A DNA stretch of 64,000 nt. Origin: Laspinema palackyanum D2c. Lineage in GTDB: Bacteria > Cyanobacteriota > Cyanobacteriia > Cyanobacteriales > Laspinemataceae. This document shows, piece by piece, positions 31,301 to 38,888 of the stretch (positions within the stretch are counted from its first letter, which is position 1; the number at the start of each line of letters is the position of its first letter). The stretch covers positions 196,777 to 260,776 of the forward strand of contig NZ_JAMXFD010000004.1 in NCBI RefSeq assembly GCF_025370875.1, given 5' to 3'. The notes beneath the pieces were generated by a model. It saw nothing but the letters and a program-made list of their open reading frames with translations, searched no databases and was not told where the DNA came from. Both the position numbers and the translations under genes were made by a program.

Positions 31301-31660
31301 TTAGCAGAAATGACCCCCGGAGAAAAGAATTTTGCTTTGCGGGTGGAACATTTGCTGAATAAAATTCAAGCACCGGAATACCGACAGGTAAATATTGAAA
31401 CTTTGATGGAACTCGCGGAAATTTGCGATCGCAACCCCGATTTACAGATTCAGGAATACATCGTCCTGGATGTATTAATTGGTCATGCGGTGCGATTAGC
31501 CTGGATTGAAGGTCATCCGGAACGAAGCGATTGCTATGATGAAGATAAAGCCTTGGCATGGCCTTCATTTTACAATACTTCCCCTTATGTTTGCGCCAGT
31601 TTTGTGGTGAAAGCATTCCGCTACCTGACCAAATTTGGCAAGGCGATCGCAGTCGGGTAA
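28310..31660 (+). CDS. Large glycoside-hydrolase-family-15 (glucoamylase-like) / phosphorylase-kinase alpha/beta-like protein.
   Basis: 1116 aa. N-terminal GH15-like domain ([24 protein letters not shown]...[20 protein letters not shown] ... [16 protein letters not shown]). The overall architecture matches the ~1100-aa phosphorylase b kinase regulatory-subunit homologs common in cyanobacteria. Confidence 0.75.
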   Translation: [1116 protein letters not shown]

Positions 31661-31920
31661 TTCAACCTTAGCACCCGTTGCAAAAACCGGCGGGGGATAA
31701 ATCCCCCGCCTCATAGCTAAAGTCGGTTGAAAACCGACTAAAAACACAATTAATTCAACCATATCATCCGTTGCAACAACCGGCGGGGGATAAATCCCCC
31801 GCCTCATAGCTAAAGTCGGTTGAAAACCGACTAAAGACACCATTTCATAAGACTTTCAGTCGGTTTCAACCGACTTAATTCTGTGAGGCGGGGGTTTTAA
31901 CCCCCGCCGGGTGTGGCAAC
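31661..31920. repeat. Two direct ~87-bp copies and one inverted ~70-bp copy of a double-hairpin element (GGCGGGGGATAAATCCCCCGCC + AGTCGGTTGAAAACCGACT).
   Basis: Copies at 31661-31747 and 31754-31840 (direct) and 31851-31920 (reverse complement). The ORF 31565-31843(-) with repeated LVGFQPTLAMRRGIYPPPV is an artefact of it. Confidence 0.85.
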
Positions 31921-31946
31921 TTTGAAATAGAGTGTTGAATTCATCT

Positions 31947-32510
31947 CTATTCTAACAGCCAGCCAAATATCTCTGCCACAGTTAGTCGCAAGTCACTGGC
32001 AAAGGCAGGAACAGGAATTTGCTGTTCAGGTTCATCAAAGACTTCGAGTGGTTGGTGAGGATAATATACCCAAATAGTCTGTTCCGTGGGGTCAATGAGC
32101 CAGCCCATTTGAGTCCCGTGTTTGAGAGCGTGTAGAATTTTTTTTGTTAATTTTGCAACTCTTTGTTCGGGAGAGAGTATTTCTATGATCCAATCGGGAG
32201 AGTCGTTAAACACATTGGCTACTCTACCATTTTCTCTCCTGGGAATTCGGTCCCACGTAAAGACAGCGATATCTGGCACAATGGTCCGTCCATCAAAGAT
32301 ACACCGCAATTCTGGGAAAGCTCGGGCTATTTTGGTGGGCTTAACAACGGCAGTAATCGCGATAATTAGTTCAGATTGAATTGTGCTATGTTCTCCTTGT
32401 GGCATTGGCTTTTGGATGATTTCGCCTTCAATATATTCACTCGCGGGTTTGGTTTCGGGGAGTTTGAGAAATTCTTCTAAGGTTAAAGATTTAGATGGGG
32501 TTTGGACCAT
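31947..32510 (-). CDS. Uma2-family (DUF820) putative endonuclease.
   Basis: LTLEEFLKLPETKPASEYIEGEIIQKPMPQGEHSTIQSELI ... TIVPDIAVFTW ... PDWIIEILSP. This family is highly expanded in cyanobacteria. Confidence 0.8.
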   Translation of the reverse strand: MVQTPSKSLTLEEFLKLPETKPASEYIEGEIIQKPMPQGEHSTIQSELIIAITAVVKPTKIARAFPELRCIFDGRTIVPDIAVFTWDRIPRRENGRVANVFNDSPDWIIEILSPEQRVAKLTKKILHALKHGTQMGWLIDPTEQTIWVYYPHQPLEVFDEPEQQIPVPAFASDLRLTVAEIFGWLLE

Positions 32511-32697
32511 GTTGGGGGACCTCCAAAATGAGGGGGGTTGAGTGCGCGATCGCCTCTCTCAATTTCCCCCTATTATAGCGCTCAATCCTAGAGCGCATTC
32601 CGTTTCCCAAAAAGAAACCGGGTTTCTAAGTCAGATTAAGGTTCTCTCCCTAATCGTTGTTCAGAAACCCGGTTTCTAATCTTCTGCTAAACTTGGA

Positions 32698-33933
32698 CTA
32701 GACTTTCAAATTTTCCGTAATCCGCTGCATCGCTTCCTCCACATTTTTCCGGCTATTAAAGGCAGAAATGCGGAAGTATCCTTCCCCAGCAGCGCCAAAA
32801 CCCGAACCGGGAGTTCCAACGACATTCACCACTTGCAGCAATTTATCAAAGAAATCCCAACTGGATAATCCATTTGGAGTTTTCACCCAGACGTAAGGTG
32901 CATTCACACCACCATAAACTGACAATCCGGCAGCGGTTAATTTCTCGCGGATAATTGTGGCATTTTCTAAATAGAAACTGACCAATTCTTTAACTTGTGC
33001 TTGTCCTTCCTCGGAGTAAACTGCTTCTGCACCGCGTTGGACAATGTAAGAAACGCCATTAAATTTGGTGGATTGGCGGCGATTCCAGAGTTTCCAAACT
33101 TCGACATCAGACCCATCGGAGGCTTTTGCCGTTAAGGTTTTTGGAACTACGGTTAAAGCGCAACGAGTGCCGGTAAATCCCGCATTTTTGGAGAAAGAAC
33201 GAAACTCGATCGCACAATCTTTTGCGCCTTCTATTTCATAGATGGAGTGAGGCAAATTGGGGTCAGTAATGAAGGCTTCGTATGCCGCATCAAAGAATAT
33301 AATGGAACCATTGGCTTTGGCATAGTCTACCCATTTTTTCAGGTAGTCTTTTGTGGCAGTTGCACCCGTGGGATTATTGGGGAAACAGAGGTAAATTAAA
33401 TCAACTTTCTCGGTGGGAAGTTCGGCGGTAAAATTATTTTCCGCACTAATGGGGAGATAGACTAATCCCTCATACTCTCCTTTATCATTGGCGGGTCCGG
33501 TATGTCCTGCCATGACGTTTGTATCAACGTAGACGGGATAAACCGGGTCAGTCACGGCGATTTTGTTGTTGTTGCCGAAAATGTCGAGAATGTTGCCGGT
33601 ATCGCACTTAGAACCATCGGAGATGAAGATTTCTGAGGCATCGATCGCGCATCCTCGGGATTGGAAGTCGTGGGTGGCAATTTTCTCGCGCAACCAGGCA
33701 TACCCTTGTTCGGGTCCGTACCCTTTAAATTGGCTGCGATCGCCCATATCTTCCACCGCTTTTACCATCGCTTTGCGGCAAGCTTCCGGTAGGGGTTCCG
33801 TGACATCGCCAATGCCAAGTTTGATGATTTTGGCGTCCGGATTCGCCTCGGCAAAGGCATTCACCCGACGAGCAATTTCGGGAAACAGGTAACCCGCTTT
33901 AAGTTTGAGGTAGTTGTCGTTAATCGTTGCCAT
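32698..33933 (-). CDS. dapL: LL-diaminopimelate aminotransferase.
   Basis: [49 protein letters not shown] ... [14 protein letters not shown]. The ORF track starts 2 codons earlier (MTM...). Confidence 0.9.
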   Translation of the reverse strand: MATINDNYLKLKAGYLFPEIARRVNAFAEANPDAKIIKLGIGDVTEPLPEACRKAMVKAVEDMGDRSQFKGYGPEQGYAWLREKIATHDFQSRGCAIDASEIFISDGSKCDTGNILDIFGNNNKIAVTDPVYPVYVDTNVMAGHTGPANDKGEYEGLVYLPISAENNFTAELPTEKVDLIYLCFPNNPTGATATKDYLKKWVDYAKANGSIIFFDAAYEAFITDPNLPHSIYEIEGAKDCAIEFRSFSKNAGFTGTRCALTVVPKTLTAKASDGSDVEVWKLWNRRQSTKFNGVSYIVQRGAEAVYSEEGQAQVKELVSFYLENATIIREKLTAAGLSVYGGVNAPYVWVKTPNGLSSWDFFDKLLQVVNVVGTPGSGFGAAGEGYFRISAFNSRKNVEEAMQRITENLKV

Positions 33934-34084
33934 CGTCAATCGTTAAAAACATCGTATTACAGTTTACTGCCAATGGTGGCATCCGGGATAGAGGTTAGCG
34001 TTGCTATTCCGGTTATGAGCAATTTCAAGTCTGGGGATACCCCAGTCAACCCGATTCGTGACGAGGGGTTTCTCGAATTGATTT

Positions 34085-34924
34085 TTAGCTGCCGATGGGT
34101 TTGCGTCCGACGATATAAAATAGGGTGATGTCGTTCCAGATCCCTTTATCCGTGACTAATGTTTCTAAGTCCGCTAAATATTGTGCTTTAGCAGCCTCTA
34201 ATTGTTCTGAATTCAAGAGTTGGACGAAGTTAAAAAAAGTGAGAGGATTTTTGATGATAATATCCCATAACTTTTGAGCAGACTCTAAGCTCAAATACTC
34301 TCCAAATTGTTCTTCGGTGACTTGAATTACTTCAAAACCAGATGTTTGTAAGAGGCGGTTACATTTTTCTACCGTTCCTATGGATTCGTTCCAATTCGGC
34401 AATTGGATTTCGTAACTTTTGGCGATTTTTGTTAAAATATGTCTAAACATATAAGCAGTTTCAGCAACTCCGGTAATCGCGATGATGCCACCGGGTTTGA
34501 GAAATCTTTGCCAACGGCGTAAATTAGTGGGAATGTTGGGAATGTAAGGAATACCGCAACAGCAAAAAATGCGGTCAAAGCTGTTATTTGGAAAGTCGAT
34601 GGTTTCGATATCTCCTTGTTGGAGTTCGATATTGGTTAAAGCAGCAGCGGTGATTTTGGCCTGCGATCGCCTTAACATTCCCTCGGACAAATCGACTCCC
34701 ACCACTGACCCGCTATTCCCTACAATTTGGGCTGCTTCAATAGCAACTAGACCCGTTCCCGTGGCGATGTCTAAGATATGCTGTCCCGGTTGAATGTCAG
34801 CGCATTGGATGAGATGATGGGCAACAATGGGATGAAAATCGCCTTCTTGGTCATAGTTAGTCCGGCGATTAAAGTAATCAGCAATTTGTTGTTTATAGTC
34901 ATTATGAATCCGAGAATTATTCAT
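34085..34924 (-). CDS. Class I SAM-dependent methyltransferase.
   Basis: Motif I HILDIATGTGLVAIEAA, motif post-I VVGVDLSEGML, motif II RIFCCCGIPYIP. Confidence 0.8.
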   Translation of the reverse strand: MNNSRIHNDYKQQIADYFNRRTNYDQEGDFHPIVAHHLIQCADIQPGQHILDIATGTGLVAIEAAQIVGNSGSVVGVDLSEGMLRRSQAKITAAALTNIELQQGDIETIDFPNNSFDRIFCCCGIPYIPNIPTNLRRWQRFLKPGGIIAITGVAETAYMFRHILTKIAKSYEIQLPNWNESIGTVEKCNRLLQTSGFEVIQVTEEQFGEYLSLESAQKLWDIIIKNPLTFFNFVQLLNSEQLEAAKAQYLADLETLVTDKGIWNDITLFYIVGRKPIGS

Positions 34925-35052
34925 GATTGTTATGGTTTTTTGTTTTGTTACAAGGGTTTTTAGGGGAGTAAAAAGATAAAATATTCTAGGAGAGATCCCC
35001 CCAACCCCCCTATAAGAAGGGGGGCTTTTGGGAGAATTAAATCAGATTTTTT

Positions 35053-35898
35053 TTAGGCAACGCCGTACTGTTCAAACCAAGTGAGAAGGCGACTCCAGGC
35101 ATCTGCTGCTTCGTCTGGGCGGTAGGTGGGACGGTAGTCGGCATAGAATCCGTGGGGGGTGTCGGGATAGAGGATGATTTCGGAGTTGGTGTTGCCGGAG
35201 GCGAGGCGATCGCGCATTTGTTCGACAGTATCGTTAGGAATCAAGTCATCGTCACCGCCGTATAATCCGAGGATGGGAACGGTTAATTCCTCGGCGATAT
35301 CGATGGGATGTTGGGGAGTTAGGGGGGTGGATTCACCGACTAATCGCCCATACCAGGCGACTCCTGCGGTGACTTGGGGGTTATGGGCGCTATACAACCA
35401 GACGATTCGTCCTCCCCAGCAAAATCCAGTGATGCCCAGCTTTTCGGGGTTGCCGTTACTGCTGTTTTGTGCCCAAGCAACGGTAGCATCGAGGTCCGAC
35501 ATCACTTGTTCATCGGGTACTTTAGATACGACTTCGGAGATTATTTGCTGGATGTCTTCCATTTGGGAGACATCTCCCTGTCGGGCAAACATTTCTGGGG
35601 CGATCGCCAGATAACCCTGTTTCGCAAATCTGCGGCAGACATCCTGGATATGTTCATGAACCCCGAAAATTTCCTGGATGACTAGCACAATCGGGAAGTT
35701 TTGTCCCCTGGCAGGCATGGCGCGATAGGCGGGGATTTCTCCATCAGCAACGGGGATAGTCACTTCACCAGCGGTTAATCCTTCGCTATCGGTGGTGATG
35801 ACTTGTTGGGCGAAAATTGGATGGGCGGCAAGGGCAAATCCAGCGGCGATCGCACTCACTTTGATGAATTGTCGGCGGGTTAAAGGTTTCATTGGCAA
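35053..35898 (-). CDS. Dienelactone hydrolase-family protein with a Tat signal peptide.
   Basis: Twin-arginine motif [24 protein letters not shown]. Alpha/beta-hydrolase nucleophile elbow GFCWGG. Also HGFY. Confidence 0.8.
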   Translation of the reverse strand: MPMKPLTRRQFIKVSAIAAGFALAAHPIFAQQVITTDSEGLTAGEVTIPVADGEIPAYRAMPARGQNFPIVLVIQEIFGVHEHIQDVCRRFAKQGYLAIAPEMFARQGDVSQMEDIQQIISEVVSKVPDEQVMSDLDATVAWAQNSSNGNPEKLGITGFCWGGRIVWLYSAHNPQVTAGVAWYGRLVGESTPLTPQHPIDIAEELTVPILGLYGGDDDLIPNDTVEQMRDRLASGNTNSEIILYPDTPHGFYADYRPTYRPDEAADAWSRLLTWFEQYGVA

Positions 35899-35986
35899 GG
35901 GGTCCTATGGGTTAAAGGAATCATTCGGTCTAATTGTAATCTAAACAAACAACTTTTCTATGACCCCTGCCATGATTTCCCCTCCT

Positions 35987-36775
35987 CTAAGACCACAAAA
36001 ACCCTAAAATTAGCATCCCGATCGCCACAATTCCTGCCACTAAAGTTGCCGTTTCATTGAGCTTTTTTTCCGGCTGTAACGGTTCTTCCGGAGAACTGGG
36101 GGCGTTTTGTCTCTCTCGAACCGGCGTCCAATCTTCCTCCTCTAAACTTTTGGATAATCCCCGCCAGACTCGCGATTGAATTAAGGCATCTTTGCTTTTA
36201 ATTCCGGTAACGACAACTAGGGGACCTTCTCGTTGAGGTAACCCATACTGTTCAAGTTGGGTGGCGAGGGTTTCTTTGGTGCGATCGCAATTTTTGGCGA
36301 GTTTATCGGTAGAATGTTCTTCTCGTTCTCGGTCGGATTTTTGGGGATGACTGGCAAGAGTTGCGCTTGCGGATAATTCTTTTAACAGTTCCCAGTTGAC
36401 GGTAAATCCGTCCGGTCCTCCCACGGGAATTGCTTGGTCAATTTCCGCATCTAATCCGTCTTGTTTTTCCTCTAAAAAAGTGCGTAAGGCGCGGACAGCA
36501 ATGGCCCGTAACTGTTGTTCATTCGTAGCAGAATCTTCGGCAACCCAGGCGATGGAATTGCGAATGGCGCGATCGCGAAAATCGGTCCGTCCCCTCGCCT
36601 CTAACCCAGTAATCAGCAATAGCAACCGTCCGCTATATCGCCCCAAGACGAGAGAGGGAGATTCGGTTTGAATGCAGTCATTAACCCGATTTAAGGTGAG
36701 AATTGAAGGGGTTTCCCGTAGCCAACAGTAGCCTTCTTCCTGAGCAAATCCCCGACTTTTTACATAAATTTCCAT
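35987..36775 (-). CDS. Hypothetical tail-anchored membrane protein, partner of the upstream P-loop GTPase-like gene.
   Basis: 262 aa. Single C-terminal TM helix (TATLVAGIVAIGMLILGFLWS). Start lies 10 bp after the stop of gene 36785-37747. No recognisable domain. Confidence 0.55.
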   Translation of the reverse strand: MEIYVKSRGFAQEEGYCWLRETPSILTLNRVNDCIQTESPSLVLGRYSGRLLLLITGLEARGRTDFRDRAIRNSIAWVAEDSATNEQQLRAIAVRALRTFLEEKQDGLDAEIDQAIPVGGPDGFTVNWELLKELSASATLASHPQKSDREREEHSTDKLAKNCDRTKETLATQLEQYGLPQREGPLVVVTGIKSKDALIQSRVWRGLSKSLEEEDWTPVRERQNAPSSPEEPLQPEKKLNETATLVAGIVAIGMLILGFLWS

Positions 36776-36784
36776 ACTCTTCTC

Positions 36785-37747
36785 CTATCCAATATTCAGC
36801 CAATTTTGACCCTGCAACACCGCATAAGCACCCGTATTTTTACAGCCTTTTGCAAATTCCCGGACTGCATCTTTGAGGTGATTATCCAATCCTAACCAAT
36901 CTCGGATAAAATTAAACAAGCCTAAATTGCGTCGGTCCAAATGCAGTCTTAGCAAAAACCGTAACAAATAGCGCAAAGGCTGTTCGCTGTCTTGGGGATT
37001 GTATTGGGCATCGTGACTGGTTTTTCTGAAAATAAATAACGGTTTACCATCCATCATTTCAATGCGGGAAAAGACCACAGTTCCTACGGTTTGAACTGGG
37101 GTGATAATCACCACGACTTTTGAGAGTAATGATTCCGAACGCAATAAATCTAATACCCTGGCATATCCCGCTTGTACCTGCCGGACTAATTCCGCACTGC
37201 TTTTTTCATCTTGTAAGTATTTTTCGCAGCGGACTGGGGCAAAAATCACCAATCGGGGAGACTCTAATTCGCGATAGACTCGTTGAAATAAATTGGCAAT
37301 TTGTTGGGGTTTATTGACCGCATCATGCCATTGGCCGTTTTTTTCCATTAAGGCAGGGGTATCAATGGCGATCGCCACTGCTGCCGATTCCCGCACAAAT
37401 GTCTCCACTCGTTCCTTTTCTTCCCGCGAACTTTTGGCGGCTAGATATTCTCCGGGATAATCTTGAAAGTGTAGCGCTAATGAGGGAATTGCCCCTCTTC
37501 TACCCAACTCAAATATAAAAGATTTATGGTCTTCCGTACTTTGCATCCATCCTTTGGTTTCAAAACTGTCCGGTAGGGTTTTCAGTTCAGCTAATCGTTC
37601 TTGTAGCAAAGCTGCACTTTCTAAATCTGGGGTCAGTTGCAAATTGGTTTGTCCAATACTGCGTTCAAATTGCTCATACATGGCAGTCAAAAGGCTGGTT
37701 TTACCCACGCCACTGGGTCCCAGCATGGTGACTTTTAATTCCTGCAT
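36785..37747 (-). CDS. P-loop NTPase, probably a small Ras-like GTPase with a C-terminal extension.
   Basis: G1 at the N-terminus (MLGPSGVGKTSLLTAMY), candidate G3 DYPGE, Walker-B-like VAIAIDTP. 320 aa. Confidence 0.6.
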   Translation of the reverse strand: MQELKVTMLGPSGVGKTSLLTAMYEQFERSIGQTNLQLTPDLESAALLQERLAELKTLPDSFETKGWMQSTEDHKSFIFELGRRGAIPSLALHFQDYPGEYLAAKSSREEKERVETFVRESAAVAIAIDTPALMEKNGQWHDAVNKPQQIANLFQRVYRELESPRLVIFAPVRCEKYLQDEKSSAELVRQVQAGYARVLDLLRSESLLSKVVVIITPVQTVGTVVFSRIEMMDGKPLFIFRKTSHDAQYNPQDSEQPLRYLLRFLLRLHLDRRNLGLFNFIRDWLGLDNHLKDAVREFAKGCKNTGAYAVLQGQNWLNIG

Positions 37748-37794
37748 TATGTTCTTGGGTTTAGGGTTGACCTGATTGTTTTTGTAGTTACTTT

Positions 37795-38110
37795 TATGTC
37801 AGCAGCATCAAAGGCAGTTGTCCTTTAACCTCTCCTGACTGTCTAATAATCCGGCGATAAACTCGCTATAAGCGGCCTTCATCGGCAAGGCTTCATCAAT
37901 TTTAATTCGCCGTCCGGTGGCAACGACTTCTTGCCCTATAATCGGATTATACCCGATTTTGGAGTAATTTTCCCAATATAACCCTGTCCCGTGACGCTGT
38001 TATCAGGGTAATTCATTAAAGTTTATCCCATAAGGAGTGGCATAAGCTTGTCGCCACCGAAAGCAATCTACCACCTGGGATAGATTGTGGAAATAGTCCA
38101 GTTGCCTAAT
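37795..38110 (-). pseudogene. Decayed ORF between the kinase and GTPase genes. Two in-frame segments separated by a frameshift/stop.
   Basis: Manual translation of the minus strand gives ...FDRQIRQLDYFHNLSQVVDCFRWRQAYATPYGINFNELP*, then (other frame) QRHGTGLYWENYSKIGYNPIIGQEVVATGRRIKIDEALPMKAAYSEFIAGLLDSQERLKDNCL*. Protein-like composition but no intact ORF of 60 aa or more. Confidence 0.35.
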
Positions 38111-38117
38111 TTGGCGG

Positions 38118-38711
38118 TCAAATTGATTCGGGTCCAAGGTTTTCCTCCGGGGTCCAAGGATGAATTTCAAAGGTTCCTGGATTCTGGGCTATTTTGACCT
38201 GAAATAACTGATGAAATCCTTCGGAGTAGTTCGGGGGGACTAATTTATTGCGAGTCATATAGAGTGCGTAATCCGGGATTCGGGCTTTTCCATCTCGTTG
38301 TCGATTGCGGGTGAGGCAATCGGCAATTTTGGAGTTAAAATAATAGCCGATAATCTTGGCCTGATAGTTTTGTGCAATTTCAATGATAGCGAGGCGATCG
38401 CCCAGGGTGGGATTGGTATTATCCACCACTAAAGAGGTTCCAGATTTGAGATGTTCGGCGATTAAAAAGGCTTGTCTGCGGGCGGGTCTTTTATTGTTTC
38501 GCATCAAATCTTTACTCACCAAAGCATGGGTTTCGGCGAAATGGGTTTGATAAAAGGTGCTTTTCCCCGCCCCTTGCAAGCCGATAAATATTACCAATTC
38601 TATCCCCGGATTTACGCCATTGGTAACCTTGTTATCTAAATGTAGAGGCGATTCGCGAATCGCCTCTACGTTTAGGGTTCGCCTTTTGATAATTTCCAAG
38701 TCATCTATCAT
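38118..38711 (-). CDS. P-loop kinase of the AAA_33 / polynucleotide-kinase-like family.
   Basis: Walker A LVIFIGLQGAGKSTF, Walker B/Asp LVVDNTNP, lid-like CLTRNRQRDGKARIPD. Resembles the kinase domain of Pnkp/T4 Pnk and zeta-toxin-like kinases. Confidence 0.7.
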   Translation of the reverse strand: MIDDLEIIKRRTLNVEAIRESPLHLDNKVTNGVNPGIELVIFIGLQGAGKSTFYQTHFAETHALVSKDLMRNNKRPARRQAFLIAEHLKSGTSLVVDNTNPTLGDRLAIIEIAQNYQAKIIGYYFNSKIADCLTRNRQRDGKARIPDYALYMTRNKLVPPNYSEGFHQLFQVKIAQNPGTFEIHPWTPEENLGPESI

Positions 38712-38888
38712 AAAATGGAGATTAAATCAACCCAAATTCTGAAAATATTTGCCGCAATGAAGTGGTGGCCTAATAGCGGTTAGAAACCGGGTTTTTCACA
38801 CAATCTTTGGTAAAGAGTCATAAATTGGGGTAAAAACCCGGTTTCTTGTCCCACTGAAGGAAGCCTAAATCTGCACTTTCACCCGGTT

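Noticed and set aside
31565-31843. 92-aa ORF with duplicated LVGFQPTLAMRRGIYPPPV
   Set aside because: It reads through the direct double-hairpin repeats. The duplication of peptide segments mirrors the DNA repeat, and it overlaps the 3' end of the GH15-like gene.
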